Of a stretch of DNA of 64,000 nt, positions 21,435 through 31,796 are shown in pieces. This stretch comes from Nitrosopumilus sp. Lineage in GTDB: Archaea; Thermoproteota; Nitrososphaeria; Nitrososphaerales; Nitrosopumilaceae. The translations under genes were made by a program, and so were the position numbers. Position 1 is the stretch's first letter; every line of letters starts with the position of its first letter. The notes below the pieces were generated by a model that made no database searches, was not told the origin of the DNA, and saw nothing but the letters and a program-made list of their open reading frames with translations. The DNA lies in NCBI GenBank assembly GCA_965249555.1, contig OZ252243.1:800001-864000 (forward strand). Direction: 5' to 3'.

Positions 21435-21536
21435 GAGTAACGAAAAATCTTCTAGTTCACTACTAAAAGGTATTTTGGGATTGAGTGATAATAGAAAGTA
21501 TAAAAACACAATCAAGCAAATTTCTTTGAATTAAAA

Positions 21537-22418
21537 ATGATGTTAAATTATGATGCTCCATTATACAGACCACCTTCAGAAGCAAAGTCATTAATTTTCC
21601 AGGTTACATTGGGTTGTTCATTTAACGAATGTTCTTTTTGTGATATGTATAGATCAAAAGAATATTCTGAAAGGACATGGGACGAGATAAAAGCAGAAAT
21701 TGATATGATGGCAAATTATTTGCCTGATACTAAAAGAGTGTTTCTTGCAGATGGTGATGCATTGAATCTTGATGCAGAATTTATAATAAAAATTACAAAA
21801 TACATTAAAGAAAAATTTGCAAAGCTTGAAAGAATTTCTTGTTATGCAATGCCGATGAATATTCTAAAGAAAACACCTGAAGAACTAAAGAAAATGAATG
21901 AAGCAGGACTTGATATGTTTTATCTGGGAATTGAAAGCGGTTCTGACATAGTTCTAAAAAAAGTAACAAAGGGGGCAATTGCAAAGACTATCACAAAATC
22001 GGTCAACAAGGCAAAAGAAGCGGGTTACATAATGTCATGCATGATAATTTTAGGACTGGGTGGAAGAACATACTCTAAAGAACATATCAAAGGTACTGCT
22101 GAAGTGATTAGTGCATGCTCACCGCAGTATGTTGGAGCTCTGACTCTATATCTAGAAAATGGAATAAAACAAGAATTTCTTGACAAGTATGAAGAGCCAT
22201 TCATAAAAATTAATGATGATGAATCATTAGAAGAACTTCATGATTTGATTAGCCAGATAGAAACCGAAGATGATATTGTTTTTCGAGCAAATCATGGCTC
22301 AAATGCATATACAGTCAAGGGTACATTCCCAGAAGACAAACAAGAAATGTTAGATAAAATAGAATGGATGAAACAACATCCAGAAATTATCCGTCCAGAA
22401 GGACTACGAGGATTCTAA
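21537..22418 (+). CDS. radical SAM protein
   Basis: CSFNECSFC cluster motif, YRPPSEA. Confidence 0.9.
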   Translation: MMLNYDAPLYRPPSEAKSLIFQVTLGCSFNECSFCDMYRSKEYSERTWDEIKAEIDMMANYLPDTKRVFLADGDALNLDAEFIIKITKYIKEKFAKLERISCYAMPMNILKKTPEELKKMNEAGLDMFYLGIESGSDIVLKKVTKGAIAKTITKSVNKAKEAGYIMSCMIILGLGGRTYSKEHIKGTAEVISACSPQYVGALTLYLENGIKQEFLDKYEEPFIKINDDESLEELHDLISQIETEDDIVFRANHGSNAYTVKGTFPEDKQEMLDKIEWMKQHPEIIRPEGLRGF

Positions 22419-22419
22419 A

Positions 22420-22671
22420 TTAAAGATTATCAATTACAGGCTTGAGATTGTCGGGTAATTCTGGTAACTCAGTATGGCTTTCATTGTTTTGAAGTATTTC
22501 AGGTCCTATGCGTCTAACTCGTTGAGTTCCAATGAGGGTATCAATATTTCTTTGAATGTCTTTTTCAGATAAGATAGTCTTTAATTTTTCAATTACAGTA
22601 TCTTCATTTTCATATTTTTTTATTCCATATTGAACAAGAATGATTTTTTCTTCTGAGGAAAAATCTGTCAT
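22420..22671 (-). CDS. hypothetical protein
   Basis: 83 aa ORF. Confidence 0.7.
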   Translation of the reverse strand: MTDFSSEEKIILVQYGIKKYENEDTVIEKLKTILSEKDIQRNIDTLIGTQRVRRIGPEILQNNESHTELPELPDNLKPVIDNL

Positions 22672-22728
22672 ATTTATACCAAGAAGTTCACGGCTAATAA
22701 CCGTTGATTAGTGAAAAATAATTAAAAT

Positions 22729-23244
22729 ATGATGAATTGTAAATTATCCTACTTGGAAAGTAAATTACAATTAATCTCAAACGTATTGACTACGAAAAGA
22801 TATGCTACTATTGCAATAATTAGTGGTGTAGGATTAGGAATAATCTATTACTTTTTGACAATGTCAATGCTACCTACTCACTTTGATGGCGTAGTGAAGA
22901 TAATGCCATCATACATTGCTACATCAATTGTGCTAACAATAGTAATTTCAGCTTTGGCTGGAATCAATTTTGCGTTGATGGCATTTAAGATAAAGAGAAT
23001 GAAGATGATGAATTCTGTAAAATCAAACTCTTCAGCTCTATTAGGTGGAGCTTTTGCAGCATTTACTCCGGGATGTCCTGCATGTACTGCGCCTCTAGCA
23101 GTGATTCTAGGTGCAGTTGGAGGATTGTCATTGTTTCCAATGCAAGGATTAGAGCTGAAATTCATTTCAGTTGGAGTCCTAGTTTTTTCCATCTATTGGA
23201 TTACAAGAGGACTTCAAAGTAAGAGTTGTTGTAAGATAGGATAG
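22729..23244 (+). CDS. membrane protein with CPAC motif
   Basis: About 4 TM segments and GCPAC, a possible metal-binding site. Confidence 0.7.
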   Translation: MMNCKLSYLESKLQLISNVLTTKRYATIAIISGVGLGIIYYFLTMSMLPTHFDGVVKIMPSYIATSIVLTIVISALAGINFALMAFKIKRMKMMNSVKSNSSALLGGAFAAFTPGCPACTAPLAVILGAVGGLSLFPMQGLELKFISVGVLVFSIYWITRGLQSKSCCKIG

Positions 23245-23352
23245 TTAGACCATACTCATGATAACTAATTTTGCATGCATACTAGCTGCTACTATCAATC
23301 CTAGATAGGGTAATTTGGTAGAGACCATCTTCTTTTTCTCTAAATATTTTTG

Positions 23353-23523
23353 TTATTTACTACCAACGCCACAATGAGGACAATATCCTAGTTTTTTGTT
23401 ATATTTACTACTACAAACCCCACAAATCATAGTATCATCAATATGGTTTTTCTTGATGTATGGAATAACTAGTTTGATGATTATTGCTATAACAATTGGG
23501 ATAACTATTAGATACCAGACCAT
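23353..23523 (-). CDS. small membrane-anchored zinc-ribbon protein (56 aa)
   Basis: Not in track: MVWYLIVIPIVIAIIIKLVIPYIKK...CGVC...YCPHCGVGSK. Confidence 0.65.
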   Translation of the reverse strand: MVWYLIVIPIVIAIIIKLVIPYIKKNHIDDTMICGVCSSKYNKKLGYCPHCGVGSK

Positions 23524-23611
23524 AAGTAATTGAAATTAAATAATGCGAGGTTCATAAAGTGTTCTACTCTTTTAGGCCATCAAAGAGGATGATTCGTAAT
23601 CCATAGTAAGA

Positions 23612-24139
23612 TTATGAATTATTTCTGTATGCCAATACAAAACCTAACCCACCACACATTACTCCCATTGCTAAAAGTGCAATAAATCCACCAATTGGTT
23701 CTATGAATGAATCCAGAATGGCAAGATCTTTTGGACCTATTTTTCCTTCAGTAAAAACTGTAAGCAATCCAGTGCCTGCTAAACCTGCATATGTCATTAT
23801 CATCATAGATCCTGCACCTCCAACATTCATTCCAATCAAATGAATTGCAGCCAACACATTTGATCTTCTTGAGAATTTTTTCTTCAAAGTAATTTGAAGA
23901 TGACTGTAAAATAATGCAGTAACTGCTACTGCAATTATTATGATAAGATGAAATATTACTCCTAAAAAGAACCATTTGCCAGTTCCTTCAAAAGATAATG
24001 AGAGATATTGAATTATGTTAATATCATTATTAGCTACTTGGATTGCTACAATAACTACAGCCATTATGGCAATTATTGCACCCTGAATTATAGCTGCAAT
24101 AATGAATAGATCTACCCATCTAAATTCTGTAGTTGTCAT
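23612..24139 (-). CDS. membrane protein
   Basis: 4 TM segments, HLIGMNVG. Confidence 0.7.
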   Translation of the reverse strand: MTTTEFRWVDLFIIAAIIQGAIIAIMAVVIVAIQVANNDINIIQYLSLSFEGTGKWFFLGVIFHLIIIIAVAVTALFYSHLQITLKKKFSRRSNVLAAIHLIGMNVGGAGSMMIMTYAGLAGTGLLTVFTEGKIGPKDLAILDSFIEPIGGFIALLAMGVMCGGLGFVLAYRNNS

Positions 24140-24254
24140 TTGTCTGTTATCATCCTAATTCATCGGTAATATGATGGTGTTAGTCGAAATTTATTGATTA
24201 TTGCGTAATCTCTACTAGGATTATGAAATTTTATTCGTGTAGTAAAATTTGGGT

Positions 24255-24642
24255 TCAAGTGTTTTCCAGTATAACACTAGTTGACTCTTGTAATATTTTT
24301 TGTATGTCACCGATTAATTTTGGTGTTTCTAATATGTTATCAAGGGTAATCAAAAGAATTTGATATTCATTTAAAGGAATAGTCAATCGGATTATCTTGC
24401 CATATACTGCCATAGCATATTGACCTTCTCCTATCTTTTGAGAAAATTTTCTACGAGTTTGCCAAGAATGTATTGCTTCTCCCATTAATTTTTCAGTATC
24501 CTTTTCATCAAGAAGGAGAGTTATTCCCACTCTGTGCTTTTTCAGTAATTGTACCAAAATTACCACAAATTGCTGCAAGTCGTATATTGTCATTTGATTG
24601 AATTATTTTTTCTAATAGGTCTTTGTAATTATTTTCACTCAA
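24255..24642 (-). pseudogene. frameshifted roadblock-like (DUF6659-like) protein
   Basis: Two overlapping frames (…DNIRLAAICG… and …HRVGITLLL…KIGEGQYAMAVY…) join at an A5 run near 24538-24542. Confidence 0.6.
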
Positions 24643-24834
24643 TATCTGATGACCACCATAAATTGAATTATGAATTTCATGCATTACCATCAGTATGTTA
24701 CATTAGATAACATGACCATGGACACAAAATTGAGGCTAAAATGGGTTCACGGGATTCAGCCACCATATTGGGATAGAAATGGACACGGGTAGGCATAGAA
24801 ATTGATTTTAAACACCAAACTGGGATGAAATTCC

Positions 24835-25641
24835 TTGACGAAAAAGAGAATATTCATCAGTATCGTTATGGGAATTATTGCAATATTAGGATTAGATGCA
24901 TTTGTAATCGAACCTAACATGATTGAAGTTAATGAAATTGATATTTCAAATGCTGGAACTGAAATGAAAATTGGTTTTATTTCTGATTTTCAAAGACAAA
25001 ATTCTGATCCTGCATTTGTTCAACGTGTAGTAGACATAATGAATGAGAAAGATCTTGATGTAATTTTAATTGCAGGTGATTTTATAGATAGAAATCTAAG
25101 TGAATTACCATCACTTGAACCATTAAAAAAATTAGAAACCAAGTATGGAGTGTATGGTGTTTTAGGAAATCATGACTATAATGTATATTTTCTAAATCGA
25201 GACAATGCTAATCTAGAACTTGGAGAGAAGGTCAAAGAGTTTGTTGAAAGTAATGGGACAGTCAAAATTCTCAAAAATGAAAATACTGTAATTAAAGACA
25301 TTGTAATAATCGGTCTTGATTCTTACTGGGCAGGACTAAGAGATATTGATAAAGCTTTTACAAATACTTCAAATGAATTTAAAATTTTATTGGCACATAA
25401 TCAAAACGACTTGGAAATCGACAAAGAAATTGCGGATGTTTATTTATTTGGACATACTCATTGCGGACAAGTTAGACTTCCATATCTTGGTTCAATACCA
25501 AAAATAATTGGATTTGAAGGAGATTATGACTATAGACATTATGTTGTAAATGATGCTGATGTCTATACAACATGTGGTTTGACTCCTGCACCAAGATTTT
25601 TCAATCCTCCAGAGATTACAATAATAAACTTGTTAGAATAA
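24835..25641 (+). CDS. membrane-anchored metallophosphoesterase
   Basis: ISDFQ, AGDFID, GNHD, LAHN and GHTHCGQ motifs. Confidence 0.9.
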   Translation: MTKKRIFISIVMGIIAILGLDAFVIEPNMIEVNEIDISNAGTEMKIGFISDFQRQNSDPAFVQRVVDIMNEKDLDVILIAGDFIDRNLSELPSLEPLKKLETKYGVYGVLGNHDYNVYFLNRDNANLELGEKVKEFVESNGTVKILKNENTVIKDIVIIGLDSYWAGLRDIDKAFTNTSNEFKILLAHNQNDLEIDKEIADVYLFGHTHCGQVRLPYLGSIPKIIGFEGDYDYRHYVVNDADVYTTCGLTPAPRFFNPPEITIINLLE

Positions 25642-25693
25642 GCTAATTTTTCCTTTAATTGAAAATCAGTATTCCTACTAATAGGGACTAAAA

Positions 25694-25768
25694 TGGGCCC
25701 ACGGGGATTTGAACCCCGGATCTTCGCCGTGTAAGGGCGACGTCATAACCGACCTGGACCATGAGCCC
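25694..25768 (-). tRNA. tRNA-Val(TAC)
   Basis: Reverse complement GGGCTCA...TCGCC-CTTACAC-GGCGA...TGGGCCCA. Confidence 0.96.
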
Positions 25769-25847
25769 AGAGACCTACCTTGTTAAAATCCATTTAAACT
25801 TTGAGACAAAGGAGAATCTAGAAATTTGATAAAAAATAAAGAAATTC

Positions 25848-26864
25848 ATGAACGTTCTTGATTATTTTTCTAGTCCAATTGGATTGGGTCATGTTACTCG
25901 AGATATTGCAATTGTAAATAATTTTGAAAACATGACAACTAACTTTGTAACAGGTAGTGGAGCTGCAAAAATTCTAAAAAATCTAGATTTTAAAGTACAA
26001 GATGTATACAATCCACCTTCATTTATTGTTGAAAATGGTACATTAAAGAGTCCAGCAAAATGGTTGTGGAATTATTTTCAATACTATAAAGACTGTAAAA
26101 AAATTTCACAAAGGATCATTCAAGAAGATAATCCAAGTTTGGTGATTAGTGATGAGGATTTTGCATCATTAACTGTTGCACAAAAAATGAAAATTCCAAC
26201 AGTACTTGTCACAGATGTTTTAGAGACTCGTTTCACTACAGGATTAGCATCACTAATTGAAAAAAAGATGAACAAATCAATGCTTGAAATTATTAAAAAA
26301 TGCGACATTGTAATTCTTCCTGAAAATGGAAATGATCAAGACAATATCAAAAGAGTGGGACCAATAGTTAGACAAACAAAGTTTTCAAGAGAAGAACTAC
26401 GAAAAAAATTCTCATTTGAGAAAAAAACAATAGTTATTTCAATTGGGGGAACTGATGCAGGAATGTTTCTTATCAAAAAAGCATTAGAATCTGTTTCAAA
26501 AATCAGTCAAGATATAGAAGTAGTTCTAGTGTCAGGTCCAGCAGTTAGTGAAAAATTTGAAAATGTTAGAAATTTGGGGTTTGTGGATAATTTACACGAG
26601 TTAATTTTTGCTGCAGATTTATTAATTTCTCTTGCTGGAAAATCAACCATAGATGAGGCTAATGCTTATGGAACACCTGCAATATTTATTCCCATAAAGG
26701 GTCATTTCGAGCAAGAAGATAACGCGAAAGAAGAGGGATTTGTTTTTGAGGATATCAATAGGCTTGATGTATTAATTTTAGAAAAACTTGAAGAGGAAAG
26801 AAATCAAGTAAACACAAATGGTGCAAAAAATGCATCAGATATTATTAGAAAATTGATGAATTAA
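25848..26864 (+). CDS. GT-B glycosyltransferase (family 28-like)
   Basis: GLGHVTR, VGPIVR, AGKSTIDE and HFEQ..NA motifs. Confidence 0.88.
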   Translation: MNVLDYFSSPIGLGHVTRDIAIVNNFENMTTNFVTGSGAAKILKNLDFKVQDVYNPPSFIVENGTLKSPAKWLWNYFQYYKDCKKISQRIIQEDNPSLVISDEDFASLTVAQKMKIPTVLVTDVLETRFTTGLASLIEKKMNKSMLEIIKKCDIVILPENGNDQDNIKRVGPIVRQTKFSREELRKKFSFEKKTIVISIGGTDAGMFLIKKALESVSKISQDIEVVLVSGPAVSEKFENVRNLGFVDNLHELIFAADLLISLAGKSTIDEANAYGTPAIFIPIKGHFEQEDNAKEEGFVFEDINRLDVLILEKLEEERNQVNTNGAKNASDIIRKLMN

Positions 26865-26909
26865 CGATCAAATGCTTAATAGATGGTCATTTGATTTTGA
26901 TAAGGTACC

Positions 26910-28325
26910 ATGACCAAGCTAGTAGTAATCAAATTTGGTGGAAGCGCAATAGGCCCAGATGGAGCATCCATTACAGAAATTGTTAAGCGAATTAATGATT
27001 TGAAGAAAGATTCCAAGGTAATTGCTGTTTTTTCAGCTCCATTAACAATGCATGATGGAAAAAAATGTTCTCTTACGGATGTGGTTTTAGAGCAAGGAGA
27101 AAATGCAGAGAATGGAAAAACCCCATCCCTGGATATTGTGAAATCAACTTATCAAAAAATTCTAGAAATGGTAAGTGCAGAAAATAAAGATAATTGTCAA
27201 AATACTATTAATTCACATTTAGAAAAGGCACAAAAAGCACTAGACGAAGCAGTTGAAAGTAAAGAATTTGCAGAGGAGATGCGTTCAAGGGCATTAGCAT
27301 TTTCAGGTGAGATTTTGATGTCTCATGTGATGAACCACATTCTAAAAAGTAATGGCATAAAGACAGATGCCGTAGGATTTGATGATTGGCCAATTATCAC
27401 AGATAACAACATAGAATCAACAAATTTTCTTACATCTGAATCCAGAGAAAGGATGGATAAAACAGTGGAATTACTGGAAGCAAATGAAGTAGTTACAATT
27501 GGCGGATTTATCGGAAAAACAGTAGATGGCGTTACAACTACATATGAGCGAGGAGGCTCAGATAGAACTGCCGCAGATCTAGGAATATTATTTCATAAAA
27601 AATATGAAACCAGCATAGACTTTGAGAAAGACAGCGCAGTAGTTTCTGCAGATCCAAAAATTGTGGCATCACGATTAAGTGAGGTATTTCAATTGTCATA
27701 CAATGAAGCCAGATTGGCAGGAATGTTTGGAATGAAAATTTTAGATCCCATTGCAATAAAGGAGATTGTAGAAAATGGAATAGATATGCCAATTACCATT
27801 ACAAACATGAAAAATCCGGAAAAAACAACTACAATAAAGAGAGTATTAGATGAACAAAAGGGGCATCCAATTAAGATAGTTACAGGAAAAGAAAATTGTG
27901 CAATTTTTAGAATTGAAACAAGCTGTATTCAAAAATTGTTAACATCATTAGAAAAGGACAAACGTTACAGTGAATTTGTAATTTTATCACCATTTACAAA
28001 AGATGGAATTGAATTTTCCAGAATATTGTTCTTAGATGGGGATTATGTTAAAAGAAATGAAAAATATTTGTTAGGATTTGATTCTCTTGCTACAATTACA
28101 TACAACAGAGGAGTAATAACGTTAATTGGAGATGAGATGTGGAGGGTTCAACAAGTTGTTTCAAGAACTAGTACAAAGATTGGTGAGTCAGGATTAAACA
28201 TTTTGAATATAGATGCACAAGAAGAGACATCACGAATAATCATTGTTGTAGAAGATGCAGAAAATAACATTAGCAAGGCCATTAATGCAGTACACGAAGA
28301 GATTTCAAAGATTGATTTTGTTTAA
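26910..28325 (+). CDS. lysC: aspartate kinase
   Basis: KFGGS, RGGSD and ADP motifs with a C-terminal ACT domain. Confidence 0.92.
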   Translation: MTKLVVIKFGGSAIGPDGASITEIVKRINDLKKDSKVIAVFSAPLTMHDGKKCSLTDVVLEQGENAENGKTPSLDIVKSTYQKILEMVSAENKDNCQNTINSHLEKAQKALDEAVESKEFAEEMRSRALAFSGEILMSHVMNHILKSNGIKTDAVGFDDWPIITDNNIESTNFLTSESRERMDKTVELLEANEVVTIGGFIGKTVDGVTTTYERGGSDRTAADLGILFHKKYETSIDFEKDSAVVSADPKIVASRLSEVFQLSYNEARLAGMFGMKILDPIAIKEIVENGIDMPITITNMKNPEKTTTIKRVLDEQKGHPIKIVTGKENCAIFRIETSCIQKLLTSLEKDKRYSEFVILSPFTKDGIEFSRILFLDGDYVKRNEKYLLGFDSLATITYNRGVITLIGDEMWRVQQVVSRTSTKIGESGLNILNIDAQEETSRIIIVVEDAENNISKAINAVHEEISKIDFV

Positions 28326-28475
28326 TGAAAAGAGTGGCGTTACGGGCTTTCACCTGTAAACGCCATCATGGGTTTGTTCTTGGACCATTATCTAGATTTA
28401 GTCCGGCGTTACCCAAAACACGCGATACCATACATTGAATTTTCTAGTATTTAGAGCTGATCTATATAGTTCAGA

Positions 28476-28682
28476 TTAGGCACGCTCGGCTGCATACCAT
28501 AGGACTATTCCAATACCAATTAGTGCATACCACTTGAAGTTTTTCTTATTCATGAAAGTATTTGCAGAGCCTAATTCACCATCTTTGGACGTACTCAAGT
28601 GAATCTTTCTCATTTCAAATGCCTGACCAACTAAGCCTATTGCAAGAAGGATGATTGCTGCAAAACCCAAAGTCCACTCCAT
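28476..28682 (-). CDS. small membrane protein
   Basis: 2 TM segments. Confidence 0.7.
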   Translation of the reverse strand: MEWTLGFAAIILLAIGLVGQAFEMRKIHLSTSKDGELGSANTFMNKKNFKWYALIGIGIVLWYAAERA

Positions 28683-28779
28683 ACTAGAATTTGTGGTTTA
28701 TCAAATATGTAGTTTCTAAATTCAGAAAAAATGCATTAAAAGATAATTCTTTAAATTAGCAGAGTTTTTTCTCTCTCCT

Positions 28780-29694
28780 ATGAAAGAGACTGGCAAAATA
28801 TGGATGAATGGAAAACTAGTGCCATTCAAAGATGCCAAAGTTCATGTACTAACTCATGCATTACACTATTCAACGTCAGTCTTTGAGGGAATCAGATGCT
28901 ATAACACGCCAAATGGTTCTGCAATATTCAGACTACCAGAACATGTTGATAGATTATTCAAATCTGCAAAGTTGTATTCAATGAAAATGCAGTTCTCAAA
29001 AAAAGAAATTTCAAATGCCATAATAAAGACTGTAAAGACAAGTAGACTCGAAGAATGCTACATTAGACCATTAGCATACTATGGTTATGGAACAATGGGA
29101 CTAACTCCTACTCAAAACAAAGTGGATGTTTCAATTGCATGTTGGGAATGGAGAATGGGAGAATCAAAAGCAGGAAAGTTCTCCGGAGCAAAATGCAAAG
29201 TATCAAGTTGGGTGAAAATTGATTCAAGATCTCAACCAATGCAAGCAAAAGCAGCAGCAAACTATTCAAATGCAGCACTTGCAAGAATGGAAGCATTAGA
29301 AAATGGATATGACGAAGCAATTATGTTAAATTCACAAGGAAAGATCGCAGAAGGAAGTGCTGAAAATATCTTCATTGTAAAAGATGACATCATTCAAACA
29401 CCACCACTATCAGCAGGAGGATTGGGGGGAATAACAAGAGACAGTATTATTCAAATTATTGAAGAAAATAGTGGATTTGTAATTGAGCGAGATCTAGAAA
29501 GAGATGATCTCTATACAGCTGATGAAATTTTCATGACAGGTACTGCTGCTGAGGTAAAGTCAGTGACACAGATAGACAAAGTAAAGATTGGAAATGGCAA
29601 GATGGGCAGCATTACAAAAGCATTACAAAAGTCATTTTCGGATGTTGTAATGGGCAAAGATGAAAGATTCTTGCCATGGTTGACATTTATCTGA
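28780..29694 (+). CDS. ilvE: branched-chain amino acid aminotransferase
   Basis: HALHYSTSVFEGIR, AKAAANY, EGSAENIF and FMTGTAAEV motifs. Confidence 0.96.
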   Translation: MKETGKIWMNGKLVPFKDAKVHVLTHALHYSTSVFEGIRCYNTPNGSAIFRLPEHVDRLFKSAKLYSMKMQFSKKEISNAIIKTVKTSRLEECYIRPLAYYGYGTMGLTPTQNKVDVSIACWEWRMGESKAGKFSGAKCKVSSWVKIDSRSQPMQAKAAANYSNAALARMEALENGYDEAIMLNSQGKIAEGSAENIFIVKDDIIQTPPLSAGGLGGITRDSIIQIIEENSGFVIERDLERDDLYTADEIFMTGTAAEVKSVTQIDKVKIGNGKMGSITKALQKSFSDVVMGKDERFLPWLTFI

Positions 29695-29735
29695 TTTTCC
29701 ACGAAGTTTTTTACCCACAAAAATGATCAGATACC

Positions 29736-29897
29736 ATGGATTCATGCGCTACAGGTGATACTCATGAGATCTGCTGGTTTTGCAGAAAAGGACGACACCA
29801 AGACTGTATGAAAGAGATTCCAACACAAGGAAAATCAGATGGGCCACACGATTGTACTTTTGATACAAAACTCATCCCATGCAAATGTAAGCACTAA
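29736..29897 (+). CDS. small Cys/His-rich protein (53 aa)
   Basis: Not in track: MDSCATGDTHEICWFCRKGRHQDC...HDC...PCKCKH. Confidence 0.65.
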   Translation: MDSCATGDTHEICWFCRKGRHQDCMKEIPTQGKSDGPHDCTFDTKLIPCKCKH

Positions 29898-29923
29898 ACA
29901 ACTAGTATCAAATACAGCTATGT

Positions 29924-30490
29924 TTGAAAAATTCTATGAGTTACAATAAGGAATTTTGGGACAAATATGCAAATGAGAATGAAGCAAGATACAATGAAGA
30001 ATTTACAAAATATACAAGAGATTTGGCAACTTCGTTGCGCTGCACAAGTGTTCTAGAAATTGGATGCGGGACTGGAATTGATTTAAGATTATTTCCAGAT
30101 ACATTTCAAATTCATGGAATTGATCTAAATGACAGTGCTTTGAATATAGCAAAAGAAAAAATTCCTTTTGCAAGTTTTAAGAAAGGCACTATTACAGATT
30201 TACCATTTGAGGATTCTTCAATAGATTTTGTTTTTACACATCAACTTTTGAATTATTTGGATGATGATACATTGGAGAAAGGAGTTGCAGAGATGTATAG
30301 AGTAGCTGGAAAATATATAATGAATTGTGAGAAATTTGACGAAACAGAAAAACAAATTGATGAAAATCACAAATTTCGTAACATGTACAAAAGATGGATA
30401 GATTACAAAGTAAAGATTGTAAGTAATGTAAATATGCATGAAGAGATAGAGCCTGACGAAGCTAGATTCACTCTATTAAGAAAACTGTAA
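29924..30490 (+). CDS. class I SAM-dependent methyltransferase
   Basis: VLEIGCGTG and LPFEDSSIDFV motifs. Confidence 0.9.
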   Translation: MKNSMSYNKEFWDKYANENEARYNEEFTKYTRDLATSLRCTSVLEIGCGTGIDLRLFPDTFQIHGIDLNDSALNIAKEKIPFASFKKGTITDLPFEDSSIDFVFTHQLLNYLDDDTLEKGVAEMYRVAGKYIMNCEKFDETEKQIDENHKFRNMYKRWIDYKVKIVSNVNMHEEIEPDEARFTLLRKL

Positions 30491-30532
30491 TTTTATTTAT
30501 TTTCAAGTCGGTACAGATAACATTGATATAGA

Positions 30533-31168
30533 TTAGTACAAAAGATTGCAAAAAACCAGTATTTGCTAATGTCAGGCCAGCGAAGACTGGCTGCAATGAA
30601 GAGATTACACGCAAAGACCATATTCCTGTTCATTGTATAACAAAGAAATCTCAAATGTCACTAGAAGCCAAGGCCTCATCAGTTGTGGAGAATATTCATA
30701 GAAATGATATGAGTCACAAAGATAGTGATTGCTGCAACCATTCTAACTGAAAAGATGGGAAAGATGCAAGCTGCACAACATCTGGGCGTTACAATTGCAA
30801 CTTTATACAGATATCCTGGGTTTGGGGCAGTACCTGACTCCCTAAAGGAGTTGGTTCCAAAAATGATATCTAGAGATGATATCACAAAACTATACTTGGC
30901 AGTGCCAAACATCAGACGTGCAAAAAACATTGCAACAAAGATATAAAATTTGGATTCGCAACTAAAAAAGCACTATATCTCTTTGTTATCAAGGCATCCC
31001 AAAATGTCGCACCCTAAACTGCTCAAACTCTCAAAGAGACTAATTCGGCAAAACGTGTCAGTGAAACTATCAAAAGGTGTTAGCCAAAAAGCTAAAAGCA
31101 AAGGCAGAACGAAATGGTCTGCCTGTTAATGACATGGCAAAACAGATTCTGGCAAAGCATTTTAAATG
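30533..31168 (+). pseudogene. ParB/Srx-like protein remnant
   Basis: Fragments YLLMSGQRRLAAMK, SVVENIHRNDM and an HTH (AAQHLGVTIATLYRY) in shifting frames; bounds approximate. Confidence 0.65.
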
Positions 31169-31273
31169 ACAAATAATGTCGTTTTAAGATAAACTGAAAA
31201 ACAAAACTGCATCATTAAACAAATAAAGATATTCTTTCAATCCTTAAATCTCATCATCCAAGGAAAATATCAC

Positions 31274-31729
31274 ATGACATCAAACAATGAGATAGTAATG
31301 AGTCTGGATAATCAATATCTAATTGATACAAATGAGAAAATTCTCAAAAGACATTCGCAAATAAAGAAAGCAAGGGTATGGATTGAGACTACTAAGAATA
31401 TTGATGTTGTAATTCCTAAAGTAAACAGTGTTGGTAATTCTGGAAATAGAACCGAAGATTTGATTGAAAAAGCAACATGTATAATGACTGTGATTCCTTG
31501 GGCTCAAGCATTTTTTGATGGTGATAGAAGAACTGGAATTATTGCTGCAGGTAAATTTCTACATGATAATGGGTATGAATTAGATATTGATCCAGAAGAT
31601 GAGAATTTGAAATTAAGAGACATGCTAAGTGAGATCAAGAAACATAGTCGTGACCTTGATCCAAATCTTATGGAGCAGATGTCTTTTTATATTTCAAAAA
31701 GAATCAAACCATATGAGCCCAGCAGATGA
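31274..31729 (+). CDS. Fic/Doc-family protein with degenerate motif
   Basis: AQAFFDGDRRTG versus canonical HPFxDGNxRT. Confidence 0.75.
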   Translation: MTSNNEIVMSLDNQYLIDTNEKILKRHSQIKKARVWIETTKNIDVVIPKVNSVGNSGNRTEDLIEKATCIMTVIPWAQAFFDGDRRTGIIAAGKFLHDNGYELDIDPEDENLKLRDMLSEIKKHSRDLDPNLMEQMSFYISKRIKPYEPSR

Positions 31730-31796
31730 AAAAATAACTAATAAACTCATTGAGAAATACTCTAAACTTTTAGATGATCTCGCTACTGACGATTAA
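31713..31796 (+). CDS. putative 27-aa antitoxin peptide
   Basis: MSPADEKITNKLIEKYSKLLDDLATDD overlaps the Fic 3' end. Confidence 0.45.
   Translation: MSPADEKITNKLIEKYSKLLDDLATDD

Noticed and set aside
30491-30560. attL copy of tRNA-Lys at the island's left border
   Set aside because: No convincing match to the tRNA 3' end was seen.
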